From positions 54,013 to 118,012 of the forward strand of contig JAHWKW010000014.1 of assembly GCA_019347675.1 (NCBI GenBank): a stretch of DNA of 64,000 bases, in the 5' to 3' direction. Positions within the stretch are counted from its first letter, which is position 1, and every line of letters starts with the position of its first letter. This document shows positions 26,740 through 36,238 of this stretch, one piece after another. Source of the stretch: Actinomycetota bacterium. GTDB lineage: Bacteria > Actinomycetota > Nitriliruptoria > Nitriliruptorales > JAHWKO01. The notes under the pieces are model-generated. The model was not told the origin of the DNA, made no database searches, and saw only the letters and a program-made list of their open reading frames with translations. Both the position numbers and the translations under genes were made by a program.

Positions 26740-27399
26740 GTGTCCGGATCGACGTTCGAAGCGCAGTTGGCTGCCCTGTGCGTCCTCGATGAGTCCACCC
26801 GCCGGCGGCTGTACAGCTACGTCGCCGTCCAGGACGAGCCCGTGACCCGCGACCACGTCAGCGCCTCGCTCGGCATCGACCGTTCACTGGTCGCCTACCA
26901 CCTCGACAAACTCGTCGAGAGTGGACTGCTCGCCGCGACGTTCGCGTATCCCGACGGCCGCGCATCACCGGGGCCCGGCCGCCCGGCCAAGCGGTACCAC
27001 CCGGCCGAAGGCGAGATCGCCGTGAGCGTCCCACCGCGCGACTACCGGCTGGCCGCCGAGATCCTCGCGCGGGCTGCCGAAGCCGACGACGCCTGGGCGG
27101 CGCGTCAGGCCCTCGACGAGACGGCCGCCGACCTCGGCCGAGACCTCGCTCGCAGCGAAGACGGGGGCGCGGCGCTTGATGCGGTGCTGGAGCACCGGGG
27201 CTACCAGCCTTACCGGGAAGGTCGGGTGGTCCGCTTGCGCAACTGTCCCTTCCGCTACCTGGTGGAGCAGCACACCGACCTGGTGTGCAACATGAACCTC
27301 GCGTTCGTGTCCGGCCTCGCAGACGTCCTGGACCCCGAGGTCCAGGTGCGACGCGACCCGGCGCCGGACCGGTGCTGCGTCGCGCTGCACCGTGTTTAG
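26740..27399 (+). CDS. winged helix-turn-helix transcriptional regulator (ArsR/HTH_20-like)
   Basis: N-terminal wHTH (RRRLYSYVAVQDEPVTRDHVSASLGIDRSLVAYHLDKLVESGLL) and a C-terminal Cys-containing domain (NCPF...VCNMN). Confidence 0.65.
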   Translation: MSGSTFEAQLAALCVLDESTRRRLYSYVAVQDEPVTRDHVSASLGIDRSLVAYHLDKLVESGLLAATFAYPDGRASPGPGRPAKRYHPAEGEIAVSVPPRDYRLAAEILARAAEADDAWAARQALDETAADLGRDLARSEDGGAALDAVLEHRGYQPYREGRVVRLRNCPFRYLVEQHTDLVCNMNLAFVSGLADVLDPEVQVRRDPAPDRCCVALHRV

Positions 27400-27404
27400 A
27401 CAGC

Positions 27405-27757
27405 GTGGTGAGCTGGGCGGCGTTCGCGGCAGAGGCTTCTGAGCTCGCCGCAACCGTGCGCGACCGCTTCGAGTCGCACGCCCACCACATCATCGGGACG
27501 ATCAGGGCTGACGGGGCACCGCGCCTGAGCGGGACCGAGGTCCGCACACCGCCCCCCTCGACGTGGAGCTCGGCGCGGGGGACGCGAAGATCGCCGGGCG
27601 GCTCGTCGAGATCCCACCCGACCCCGACGAGGAAATCGCCGGCAGCTTCTTCCGCCTCGACATCGAACTGGCCAGCCTCGTGCGTGTCGAGGCAGACGAG
27701 CTCGTCGTCACCACGTGGCGCCCCGACCGCGGACTCCGCGAGACGCGGCGGAGATGA
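27405..27757 (+). pseudogene. pyridoxamine 5'-phosphate oxidase (PPOX)-like protein, frame-shifted and apparently shortened
   Basis: The N-terminal half (VSWAAFAAEASELAATVRDRFESHAHHIIGTIRADGAPRLSGTEV) is in one frame. The C-terminal half (GDAKIAGRLVEIPPDP...ELVVTTWRPDRG) is in track ORF 27563..27757. The switch occurs at a C6 run, 27552-27557. Confidence 0.5.
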
Positions 27758-27786
27758 GCTGCGTCGGGTGCCGCTTCCCGTCCGGC

Positions 27787-28032
27787 TCAGTCGACCGAGC
27801 GCCGTTGCACCGGCGTGGATGGCTTCGATCCTGCGCCAACGACCAGCCCGTCAAGCAACCGCCGGGTCGCCGCGGCGATGCTGTCCACTGTCTGCTCGAA
27901 GACCGCCTCGTTGGCCGCCGACGGCGTTCGGTACCCGCTGATCTTCCGCACGTACTGCAGCGCAGCATCCCGCACTTCGACGTCGGTTGCCGGTGGGTTG
28001 GCCCCGCGGAGTCGCTGGATGCTTCGGCACAC
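27787..28032 (-). CDS. DUF2277-like small protein
   Basis: GTG 28032 gives VCRSIQRLRGANPPATDVEVRDAALQYVRKISGYRTPSAANEAVFEQTVDSIAAATRRLL, which matches my recollection of the MCRxIxxL...AALQYVRKxSG family. The upstream part of track ORF 27787..28158 is implausible. Confidence 0.55.
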   Translation of the reverse strand: MCRSIQRLRGANPPATDVEVRDAALQYVRKISGYRTPSAANEAVFEQTVDSIAAATRRLLDGLVVGAGSKPSTPVQRRSVD

Positions 28033-28177
28033 GCCGGGGACCCTACGCGCAGACGCAGCCACGGTCCACCGGACACGGGCGGAGCGATGACCGAGCGCGC
28101 AGGTCCACTGACGCGGCGTCCATCCGGCGAGGATCCACGACGCCCCGACGCACGCCATCGCAACAAGTGCAAGTCGG

Positions 28178-29350
28178 TCACGGCGTCAGCACGACCTTCA
28201 CGCAATCGTCCTTGTCGTTGCGGAACAGGTCGTAGCCGTCAGCAGCGTCGTCGAGTCGCATCCGGTGGGTGATGACGAAGGTCGGGTCGATCTCGCCGTT
28301 TTCGATCCGCTCCAGCAGCGGACGCATGTAGCGCTGCACGTGACACTGGCCGGAACGGATCGTCAACGACCGGTTCATGACCGCGCCCATCGGGAACTTG
28401 TCGATGAACCCGCCGTAGACGCCCATCACGGAGACCGTGCCGCCGTTGCGGCAGCTGAAGATCGCCTCGCGGAGCGCGTGCGGCCGGCCGGTCTCCATCC
28501 GGGTCAGGTGCTTGGCCTTGTCGTACGCGCGGACGGGAGTCGACGGGTGGTGTGCCTCCATGCCGACCGCGTCGATGCAGGCGTCTGGACCGCGCCCGGC
28601 CGTGATCTGCTTCAACGCGTCGAGGACGTCGCTCTCCTCGTAGTTGATCGTCTCCGCCCCGGTGTGCTGGCGGGCCATCTCCAGGCGCGCGGGGACCCGG
28701 TCGATGGCGATCACCCGCTCGGCTCCCAGCAGGAGGGCGCTCGCGATGGCGAACTGGCCAACCGGTCCCGCGCCCCAGACCGCGACCACGTCGCCGGGCT
28801 GGATGTCGCACAGCTCCGCCCCCATGTAGCCGGTCGGCAGGATGTCGGTCAGGAACAGGACCTGCTCGTCGGTCAGGTCGCTGTCGATCCTCAGCGGTCC
28901 GACGTCGGCGAAGGGCACTCGCACGTACTCCGCCTGCCCTCCGGCGTACCCGCCCAGCATGTGCGAGTAGCCGAAGATCCCAGCGGGCGAGTCGCCCCAG
29001 ACCTTCTCGGCCAGGCCTGCGTTGGGGTTGGAGTTTTCGCACAGCGAGTACAGCTGGCGCTCGCAGGCGTTGCAGCGGCCGCATGCGATCGGGAACGGAA
29101 CGACCACGCGGTCGCCCACCTCGAGGCTGGTCACGCCCGACCCGAGTTCGACGACCTCGCCCATGAACTCGTGACCCAGGATGTCGCCCTTGCGCATGCT
29201 CGGGATGTACCCGTCGTAGATGTGGAGGTCCGAGCCGCAGATCGCGGTCGACGTGACGCGCACGATCGCGTCCCGCTCGTTGAGGATCCTGGGGTCGGGG
29301 ACGTCCTGAACCTCCACGTCGTGGACCCCCATCCAACAGGTCGCTCTCAC
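28178..29350 (-). CDS. zinc-dependent alcohol dehydrogenase (glutathione-independent formaldehyde dehydrogenase-like)
   Basis: Catalytic zinc ligands ([19 protein letters not shown]), a structural zinc Cys cluster ([15 protein letters not shown]), and a Rossmann motif [10 protein letters not shown]. Confidence 0.85.
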   Translation of the reverse strand: MRATCWMGVHDVEVQDVPDPRILNERDAIVRVTSTAICGSDLHIYDGYIPSMRKGDILGHEFMGEVVELGSGVTSLEVGDRVVVPFPIACGRCNACERQLYSLCENSNPNAGLAEKVWGDSPAGIFGYSHMLGGYAGGQAEYVRVPFADVGPLRIDSDLTDEQVLFLTDILPTGYMGAELCDIQPGDVVAVWGAGPVGQFAIASALLLGAERVIAIDRVPARLEMARQHTGAETINYEESDVLDALKQITAGRGPDACIDAVGMEAHHPSTPVRAYDKAKHLTRMETGRPHALREAIFSCRNGGTVSVMGVYGGFIDKFPMGAVMNRSLTIRSGQCHVQRYMRPLLERIENGEIDPTFVITHRMRLDDAADGYDLFRNDKDDCVKVVLTP

Positions 29351-29387
29351 GGTGAGCTCCTTCGGTCTGTCGGGTTCGCGACGGCGG

Positions 29388-30332
29388 CTACGCCGGTGGT
29401 CGCGCCGGAGGCTGCCGCCACTGCCGTTGTGTGCGTGTGCCGTCAGGGCTGCCGTCCGAGCGCACGACCTCGCCGGCCTCCAGGATCTGCTTCAAGCGGC
29501 GCAGAGCGTCCTTGACCTGCTGCTCGGGGTGTTCCCCAGCGACCTTGGCCAGCGCACGGCCGACCTCGCCACCCGGCGTGGCGACCTCCAGATCGACGGT
29601 CACCTCTGTGCCAGCCCCGCCCGGCGCCGGCTTGAACTGGACGGCCCCGGCGTTGTCGACGTCGGCGGCTTCCAGCGAGCGCCACGCGATCAGCTCGTTG
29701 GGGGTGTCCTGCACGATCTCGGCGTCCCATTCGACCGTGGTTCCGGCCGGTCCGCGTGCGACCCAGTGGGATCGCCCGCCTGCGGTCACATCGACCGACT
29801 CGAGGTGGAACATGAACCGTGGGAGGTTGTCCAGGTCGCGCCAGTAGCGGTAGACGTCCTCCGGCGGACGGTTGATCGTGATCGCAGTGGTCGACCGCAT
29901 CACCCGATCCGCACCGTCTGACGCGCGACCGGCCCGGACGCTCGCGATCAGATCGACCACCGCCACCCCGGCGACCGCCGCGATCGCCATCGTGACCCGT
30001 CGTCGTCTGCTGTCGGGTGACCTCAGCGCCGCACCCAGGAACATGAGGTGCGTGACGTCGCCTGCCACACGCGCCCACAGCCAACCGTCCGGCTGGTCGC
30101 TCGCGAGGATCCCGGTGCCGACCGAGAGCTCCTGTAGCCCCACACCACGCATCACAGCGCCGCTGCGGTGAGTGGGCGCGATGCCGACGAGCCGGTCGAC
30201 GGCTCCCGGCGCGACGACCTGCGCGGTCCCCAGACCGACGCTGAACCACCCCAACGCAGCTGGGAGGCGACCATCGCCACGGTCGCGACCCTGGTCGTCT
30301 GGACCCGCCCGCCGGCCGGTCGACGGCTGCAT
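29388..30332 (-). CDS. SRPBCC (cyclase/dehydrase) family protein with N-terminal membrane region
   Basis: The C-terminal half ([28 protein letters not shown]...[18 protein letters not shown]) is SRPBCC-like. The N-terminal half is hydrophobic. The start is uncertain. Confidence 0.65.
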   Translation of the reverse strand: MQPSTGRRAGPDDQGRDRGDGRLPAALGWFSVGLGTAQVVAPGAVDRLVGIAPTHRSGAVMRGVGLQELSVGTGILASDQPDGWLWARVAGDVTHLMFLGAALRSPDSRRRRVTMAIAAVAGVAVVDLIASVRAGRASDGADRVMRSTTAITINRPPEDVYRYWRDLDNLPRFMFHLESVDVTAGGRSHWVARGPAGTTVEWDAEIVQDTPNELIAWRSLEAADVDNAGAVQFKPAPGGAGTEVTVDLEVATPGGEVGRALAKVAGEHPEQQVKDALRRLKQILEAGEVVRSDGSPDGTRTQRQWRQPPARPPA

Positions 30333-30359
30333 GGCTGCGCTCCTTGGGGGCAGTGTCGC

Positions 30360-31346
30360 CTACGGCGTCCAGTTGATCACGAGCCGCCCGTCTGCCTCCT
30401 GGACGTCTGTCCCCATCGCCGCGCAGGCGGTCGTGAACCGGTCGGTGATCCACTGCGCCTCGTCGGGGTCGGCCAGGCGGGTGAAGCAGTAGTCCAGCGC
30501 CAACGGGACCGCCTCGAGCCGGACGGGGCGCGACCCGTCGAGCGTCACGAGCCACAACAGCCCCAGGTCGTTGCGGAGCGTGGCGTCGACCGCGTAGTCG
30601 TCGATGAAGTCGCCCAGGTCGTACAGGGCCGGGATCGGCGCCCCGCCGCGCCCCCCCAGCACCCGCACGCCGTGGAAGACGTGAGCGGAGTGACCAGCGA
30701 TGAGATCCACGCCGCTGGCCGCCAGCGTCTCAGCCGCTTCGACGACATGGGGCACCGGCTGGGCGGTCATGTTCGGTCCCCAGTGCGGCGTGAGCAACAC
30801 GACGTCGGCGTCGACCGCGTCGATCGCGTCACCTACCCACTGCGGCACCCCGCGCGCGAGGTCCGCGAACGCGATGCCGGGCCGATCCGGTTCGGCCGCG
30901 AAATCCTCCGGGTGGTCGGAGATGCCCAAGACACCCAACCGCAGGCCGTTGTGCTCCACCACCACGGCAGCGCGGGCCCGGCCGAGATCTTCACCCGCAC
31001 CCACCCATGCGATGCCCGCGCGGTCGAGGTGCGCGAAGGTGTCCAGCAGCGCCTCTTCGCCGAAGTCCAACGCGTGGTTGTTCCCCAACGTGACGACGTC
31101 CACGCCGAGCAGCGACAGCGCCTCCACGGCGTGGGGCGGGGCGCGGAAGAAGAACGGTTTGCGTGGGTCGGGCCACGGTGAGCCACGGTCGGAGATGCAG
31201 CACTCGAGATTGAGGGCGAGGATGTCGGCTTCGTTGCAGACCGCGACCACGGCCGCGTCGAACAGCTCGCTCGGCTCGACCTCAGCCAGCCGTTCGGCGA
31301 CCTTCCGGCCGAGCATGGTGTCGCCCGCCAGCCCGATCGTGGTCAT
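30360..31346 (-). CDS. CapA family metallophosphatase-like protein
   Basis: ATG 31346 (GGGAGGG upstream). Motifs GDTMLGR, NLECCIS, LGNNHALDFG and TPHWGPN. Confidence 0.75.
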   Translation of the reverse strand: MTTIGLAGDTMLGRKVAERLAEVEPSELFDAAVVAVCNEADILALNLECCISDRGSPWPDPRKPFFFRAPPHAVEALSLLGVDVVTLGNNHALDFGEEALLDTFAHLDRAGIAWVGAGEDLGRARAAVVVEHNGLRLGVLGISDHPEDFAAEPDRPGIAFADLARGVPQWVGDAIDAVDADVVLLTPHWGPNMTAQPVPHVVEAAETLAASGVDLIAGHSAHVFHGVRVLGGRGGAPIPALYDLGDFIDDYAVDATLRNDLGLLWLVTLDGSRPVRLEAVPLALDYCFTRLADPDEAQWITDRFTTACAAMGTDVQEADGRLVINWTP

Positions 31347-31506
31347 CGGCACCCTCCCTACACCCGCGACCGTACGGCGCGTGGAGGCCGTGGCGGGCGC
31401 TGCACCGGTCCGAGCGGGTGGTCGGTGTCGAGGGCCGGTGACCGCCCGGTTGCGGAACCGGTCGGCGTCGTCTTGCTTAGGAGGCGAGGAGACAGGAGCA
31501 CGAACC

Positions 31507-32019
31507 GTGGCCGACGCTGACCGCTTCACGCCCGACGAGGCGCCGCCGACCGACGGCAAGGACCAGACCAGTCAGCCCGACGCCGAACAGACGCCTGCGC
31601 AGCGTTTCCTCGACGGCGACAAGCCGCCTCAGGAGGAGGTCGAGCACCCGACGCGACTGATGCGCATCGCGCACATGGTGCGCAGCATGCTCGACGAGGT
31701 CCGCACCACCGAGCTCGACGAGGCCGGCCGTGAACGCCTCGCGGAGATCCACGACCAGGCGATCGCGTCGCTGAAGGAGATCGTGTCGGAGGATCTGGGC
31801 GCGGAGCTGGAGGAGATGAACCTGCTCCCCGACGGGACACCCAGTGGCTCGGAGCTGCGGGTGGCCCAGGCGCAGCTGGCCGGCTGGCTGGAGGGCCTGT
31901 TCCGCGGTATCCAGGCGAGCATGGCCACCGAGCAGCAGCTGCAGCAGTTGGCACAGTTCCAGCGCCGGCAAGCGATCGAAGGGGGCGGCCGCCAGGGCGG
32001 CGCCGGGCAGTACCTGTAG
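31507..32019 (+). CDS. bpa: bacterial proteasome activator (Bpa/PafE family)
   Basis: A 170-aa helical protein ending GQYL, the C-terminal 20S-docking motif known for mycobacterial Bpa, with AQAQLAGWLEGLFRGIQ before a Gly-rich tail. GTG 31507 has an AGGAGG...GGAG region upstream. Confidence 0.7.
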   Translation: MADADRFTPDEAPPTDGKDQTSQPDAEQTPAQRFLDGDKPPQEEVEHPTRLMRIAHMVRSMLDEVRTTELDEAGRERLAEIHDQAIASLKEIVSEDLGAELEEMNLLPDGTPSGSELRVAQAQLAGWLEGLFRGIQASMATEQQLQQLAQFQRRQAIEGGGRQGGAGQYL

Positions 32020-32081
32020 CGGTCGCTGTCGCGGTCGCGCCGAGAGCAAGCGGCCGCCCCGTCGATACCCAGGAGGATCCC

Positions 32082-32261
32082 GTGCCCGACGTGCACCAGT
32101 TCGACCCGCGCGAGGACATCCGTGAGGACGAGGTGTACGTCGTCGCCCGCTGCGTGTGCGGCTGGGAGGGGAACGCCTTCCCGCAGTCGGAGCAGGGGTA
32201 CGAGGACGCCGAGGTGGAGTTCGTCCACCACCAGGACGCCTCGCGTCACGGACTGACCTGA
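32082..32261 (+). CDS. hypothetical 59-aa protein (CxC...HH, below ORF-track cut-off)
   Basis: GTG 32082 lies 5 nt after a perfect AGGAGG. My translation is VPDVHQFDPREDIREDEVYVVARCVCGWEGNAFPQSEQGYEDAEVEFVHHQDASRHGLT, with GC3-rich codons. Confidence 0.45.
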   Translation: MPDVHQFDPREDIREDEVYVVARCVCGWEGNAFPQSEQGYEDAEVEFVHHQDASRHGLT

Positions 32262-32458
32262 CGGTCGGGGGTCGTCGGTTACGTCCGTGGATCTGTTCGG
32301 TGGGAGCAGCAACATTGTCGCCTGTGATGTCGTTCTGATAGGACTCGCGGTCCTGCGACAGGTACAGGTCGCCGTAGGTGCTGCTCTCGGGCTCGCGTAG
32401 CCGGGTGACAGCAGCGACCGGCTTTGCGTCATGGACCAGGTCGGCGGGCTACGGCGAC

Positions 32459-33034
32459 CTACCTGCCGGCGTCCTCCCGCACCACGGCCGTCGCCTCCAT
32501 CTCCTCCGGCGAGGACAGGATCTTCAGCGACCGGTACTCCGAGGCACGCCGCAGCTGATCCACGCCCCGTTCGAACTCGCGCCGCTGGCGTTGCAGGGCG
32601 TCGCGGCCGACGCGGCGGTCGCCGCGGCGCTCGTCCCGGGCGACACAGACCTCGAACGGCAGGTCGAACACCACCGCGACCGCGGGCACGTCGTACTTGG
32701 CGGCCAAGCCCAGGTAGCGCCGACGCTGATCGCGGGTCAGGTTCGTGGCGTCGACGACCGTCAGACGGCGGCGCTTCAACCGCTTATCCAGGATGAAGGT
32801 CACCAGCGAGAACGCGTCACCGGTGGCGCTCTGGTCCGTGGGGTCGTCGGCGACCAGGGCCCGGCAGCGGTCGGAGGAGACGATCTCGGTCGCAGTGAAG
32901 TGTCGCTCGGCGAACGTCGACTTCCCGCACCCGGCGATCCCGACGAGCAGGATCACCGACGGGTCGGGGACCCGCAGAACCGCGGCCGCTTGCGGCGCGC
33001 GTGACGGTCCCGAGGCGTCAGCGTCCGCCGTCAC
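32459..33034 (-). CDS. P-loop kinase resembling the polynucleotide 5'-kinase domain of bacterial Pnkp (AAA_33-like)
   Basis: Walker [39 protein letters not shown], and a C-terminal ILSSPEE. The GTG start overlaps the sigma-factor stop (GTGA at 33031-33034). Confidence 0.7.
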   Translation of the reverse strand: MTADADASGPSRAPQAAAVLRVPDPSVILLVGIAGCGKSTFAERHFTATEIVSSDRCRALVADDPTDQSATGDAFSLVTFILDKRLKRRRLTVVDATNLTRDQRRRYLGLAAKYDVPAVAVVFDLPFEVCVARDERRGDRRVGRDALQRQRREFERGVDQLRRASEYRSLKILSSPEEMEATAVVREDAGR

Positions 33035-34239
33035 GCGGCCGCGACAGCGTCGAGGAGCGGGCCCAGGTTGGCGCCCCGCGCCGGATGACGCAGCTTGGCC
33101 AGCGCCTCCTGCTCGAGCTGGCGGATCCGCTCGCGGCTCAGCCCGTACTCCTGGGCGATCTCGTCCAGGGTGCGTGTGTCGCCGTCCACGAAGCCGTACC
33201 GCAGCTCGAGGATGGCGCGCTCGCGCTCGGTCAGGCCGGTCAGGGCCCGGGCGAGGCGGGCGCGAGCGTCACCCGCCGAGGCGGTGCGCTCGGGGTCGGC
33301 CGTGTCGGTGTCGGGCACGAGGTCTCCCATGCTGGCATCGCCGTCCTCACCGACGGGGCGGTCCAGCGAGGTCAGGTCCTGCAGGACCTCGCGGACGTCG
33401 CCGATCCGGCCGACATCGATCGAGGTCCGTCCCGAGATCTCCTCGTCGGTGGGGTCGCGGCCGAGCTCGTTGCGCAGGTCGATCTCGGCGCGGCGCAGCT
33501 TGGCCGACAGCTCCCACACGTGGGCCGGAACCCGGATGGTGCGGGCCTTGTCCGCGAACCCGCGTTGCAGCGCCTGACGGATCCACCACACCGCGTACGT
33601 GGAGAACTTGTAGCCCTTGGTGTGGTCGAATTTCTCGACGGCGCGGATCAGGCCGAGGTTGCCCTCCTGGATCAGCTCGATGAAGTCGATCCCGCGACCG
33701 ATCCACTTCTTGGCCTGCGGCACGACCAGTCGGAGGTTGGCGCGGACCATGTGTTCCTTGGCGCGTTCCCCGTCACGGCGGATCGCCTGCAGCCGGGCAC
33801 GCTGGCGGGGGGAAAGACGGCGGGCGCCGTGCAGCATCGCGGCGGCGGCGAGGCCCGCCTGGTACCGCTTGGCGAGGTCCTGCTCACGCTCGGCGTCGAG
33901 CAGCTGAGTCCGCCCGGCCAGGTCCAGGTACTGGCGGACCGGATCGCCCGACATCGACATCCGGACCTCACCCGAGGGCTCCTCGTCCCCCGAGACGTCG
34001 TCGACGACCTCGACGTCGCGGTCGCGTGCCAACGCCACGACCTCGTCCGCCCAGGACCCGTCCGCGTCCAGCGCGGAGCGCACCTCCTCGAGTTCGGACA
34101 CCAGGAGGTAGCCGCGCTCAGCGGCGCGGTCGAGCAGCTCGACGACGGCGGCGTCGGACGCCACCAGCTCGGTGACAGGCACGGCGCGTCCCTTCGCTGT
34201 CGTGCGGCCACCCCCGGTTGTCGGCACAGGGGTGGACAT
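33031..34239 (-). CDS. RNA polymerase sigma-70 family factor, group 1/2 (RpoD/HrdB-like, with region 1.1-like N-terminus)
   Basis: Region 2 ([34 protein letters not shown]), region 3 ([10 protein letters not shown]), region 4 ([19 protein letters not shown]), and an acidic N-terminal region ([13 protein letters not shown]). ATG 34239 lies within track ORF 33031..34671. Confidence 0.85.
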   Translation of the reverse strand: MSTPVPTTGGGRTTAKGRAVPVTELVASDAAVVELLDRAAERGYLLVSELEEVRSALDADGSWADEVVALARDRDVEVVDDVSGDEEPSGEVRMSMSGDPVRQYLDLAGRTQLLDAEREQDLAKRYQAGLAAAAMLHGARRLSPRQRARLQAIRRDGERAKEHMVRANLRLVVPQAKKWIGRGIDFIELIQEGNLGLIRAVEKFDHTKGYKFSTYAVWWIRQALQRGFADKARTIRVPAHVWELSAKLRRAEIDLRNELGRDPTDEEISGRTSIDVGRIGDVREVLQDLTSLDRPVGEDGDASMGDLVPDTDTADPERTASAGDARARLARALTGLTERERAILELRYGFVDGDTRTLDEIAQEYGLSRERIRQLEQEALAKLRHPARGANLGPLLDAVAAA

Positions 34240-34264
34240 CCTGTAACGCTTCACGCGCCCCGCA

Positions 34265-35101
34265 TCATCCCGCTGCGGAGCGCCGCCCGGCCGCGCCGTA
34301 CTCGCCGACCACGGCGTCGGACAGCGCAGGCCACGCGTCGACCGCCCACGGCCCGAACTCGCGGTCGACCAAGCAGGCACACGCCAGCCCGGCCTCGGGA
34401 TCGACCCACAGGAACGAACCACTGCGGCCGAAGTGTCCGAACGTCGCTGAGGAGTTGGAGGTTCCCGTCCAGTGCGGGTGCTTGTCATCGCGTCGCTCGA
34501 ACCCCAGCCCCCAGTCGTTGGGGTCCTGGCGTCCGAACCCCGGCAGCACACCCGACCGGCCGGGGTACGCCACGCTGGTGGCACGGGCGAACAGGTCGCG
34601 GTCGACCAGGGTGGGGGCGAGCAGCTCGCGGCCGAGCGCCAGCAGGTCGGACAGCGGTCCCCGTTTGCCATGCGCGGGAGAGCCGGCCACGACGGTTGCG
34701 TCCATCTGCAGCGGCTTGAGGACGTTGTCAGCCACGAGCTCGTCGAACGACATGCCGGTGCGGTCGCTCAGCACCCGTCCCAACACCTCGAACCCCGCGC
34801 TCGAGTAGATGCGCCGCTCCCCTGGCCGGGCGACCGGATCCTCGCCGCGGAGCGGCAGACCGGACGTGTGCGCCAGCAGGTGCGCGACCGTCGCGCCTTC
34901 CGGTCCGGCGGGATCATCGAGACCGATGGCGCCCTGGTCGACGACGATCAGGACGGTGTAGGCGGTCAGCAGCTTGGTGACCGACGCCCACGGGAACACC
35001 TGTCCGCTCGGGCCGACCGTCTCCAGGGCAGCGTCGGCGTTCGTGACGCCGACCGCGGCCTCGCCGACCGGCCAGTCGCGGACCCGATCGAGCGCTCCCA
35101 T
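34265..35101 (-). CDS. serine hydrolase (beta-lactamase/transpeptidase-like)
   Basis: SVTK (SxxK) motif after [12 protein letters not shown], and a length of 278 aa. Confidence 0.75.
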   Translation of the reverse strand: MGALDRVRDWPVGEAAVGVTNADAALETVGPSGQVFPWASVTKLLTAYTVLIVVDQGAIGLDDPAGPEGATVAHLLAHTSGLPLRGEDPVARPGERRIYSSAGFEVLGRVLSDRTGMSFDELVADNVLKPLQMDATVVAGSPAHGKRGPLSDLLALGRELLAPTLVDRDLFARATSVAYPGRSGVLPGFGRQDPNDWGLGFERRDDKHPHWTGTSNSSATFGHFGRSGSFLWVDPEAGLACACLVDREFGPWAVDAWPALSDAVVGEYGAAGRRSAAG

Positions 35102-35105
35102 CCCG

Positions 35106-35384
35106 TCAGCCGGCGACGCGACCCGCGATCTCGTCTTCGTACCCGGGGAAGTACCCTGGGATGTCCGACAGCGCGAAGCTGCTCAGGATCGACTCCTTCG
35201 GTTCGCGCTCCAGCAGGAACCGCACCGACTCGCGCACCAGGTCCTGCAGCGCGACGTCCCCGGCGCCCAACTGTTCGGCGTAGCCGTCGGGGACGGTCAC
35301 CTCGTGTTCGGATCGGCCGGCGTCGTCCTCGATCTCGACCCGGAAGAGCCGGTTGCCGGCCGGGGTCACCTCGATCTTCGCCAT
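35106..35384 (-). CDS. hypothetical protein (92 aa)
   Basis: ATG 35384 has AGGAGG 6 nt upstream, immediately after the CPBP stop. The codon bias looks coding and no motif was recognised. Confidence 0.5.
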   Translation of the reverse strand: MAKIEVTPAGNRLFRVEIEDDAGRSEHEVTVPDGYAEQLGAGDVALQDLVRESVRFLLEREPKESILSSFALSDIPGYFPGYEDEIAGRVAG

Positions 35385-35397
35385 GGTGGTCCTCCTG

Positions 35398-36174
35398 TCA
35401 CTGGCGACCGTAACGCCTGCGCTGGTCGGCCGCGCCGGTCGTGTGCCCGCGCCGGTGCACCCACCCGGCTGCCCCGAGCCCCGACGCGTTGATCGCCCAG
35501 TGTCCCAGCGCCGGGGCGACGAGCGAGGCGCTCCCCAGCCGTAGCACGCACAGGGCCACCCCGCCAACGGTCGTCACGACGACCGCACCGGCGACCCCCA
35601 ACACGGTCCGGGTGGGGTCGGTGATGCGGTTGGTGCGCAGCGTCGGGATGGTCGGGCCGATGTGCCACAAGCCGAACGCGACGCTGGATGCCACGACCGC
35701 CCCGGTGGTACCCAGCGGGCCGACGAACGCGGCGAGGAGCACGCCCCGGAAGGCGACTTCCTCCAACATGACGGTCCCCAACGGGATGCGCACGACGATG
35801 TGCCACGCCAACGTCGGCGGGCTCATGTCGGCGGCGCGCTGATCGGCGAGCGCGCGGCGGATCGACGGGCGCCGGCGTGACAGGCCGACCAGCATGGCGA
35901 ACGCCGCGGCCACTGCGGCTGCGATCCCCAGGCCGGCCGCCACCCCCGCAGCCGGGTCGTCGCCCACGATCGACGCCGGTGTGAGCCCGGTCGCCACCGC
36001 CGCCGCCGCCAGCCCGGCGGTGACGACGAGGTTGGTCGGCACGTACCAGCGCTCAGCAACAGGCGCGAGGTTCAGCACGGTGTTGTACGCCACCAGCGCA
36101 GCAGCCACGAGCACCGGAGCGAGCATCCCGGCAGACGATACGGGCCCCGCGACGGGCGACGCGGGACCGGCCAC
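35398..36174 (-). CDS. CPBP family intramembrane glutamic endopeptidase (CAAX/Abi family)
   Basis: Motif 1 EEVAFRG, motif 2 FGLWH, motif 3 HWAINA, and multiple TM helices. The start is uncertain (36174 or ATG 36126). Confidence 0.7.
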   Translation of the reverse strand: MAGPASPVAGPVSSAGMLAPVLVAAALVAYNTVLNLAPVAERWYVPTNLVVTAGLAAAAVATGLTPASIVGDDPAAGVAAGLGIAAAVAAAFAMLVGLSRRRPSIRRALADQRAADMSPPTLAWHIVVRIPLGTVMLEEVAFRGVLLAAFVGPLGTTGAVVASSVAFGLWHIGPTIPTLRTNRITDPTRTVLGVAGAVVVTTVGGVALCVLRLGSASLVAPALGHWAINASGLGAAGWVHRRGHTTGAADQRRRYGRQ

Positions 36175-36238
36175 GCCTTCGGCCTGGGTCGCTACCGTCG
36201 TGCTGGATCACCACGCGCCACGAACGACCGGGGCGGCG

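Noticed and set aside
32262-32458. Coding-looking open frame on the minus strand downstream of the kinase gene (PADLVHDAKPVAAVTRLREPESSTYGDLYLSQDRESYQNDITGDNVAAPTEQIHG).
   Set aside because: After the upstream in-frame TAG there is no ATG/GTG/TTG start. The frame then simply runs antisense through the small ORF and bpa. It could be a gene remnant, but I cannot support a call.
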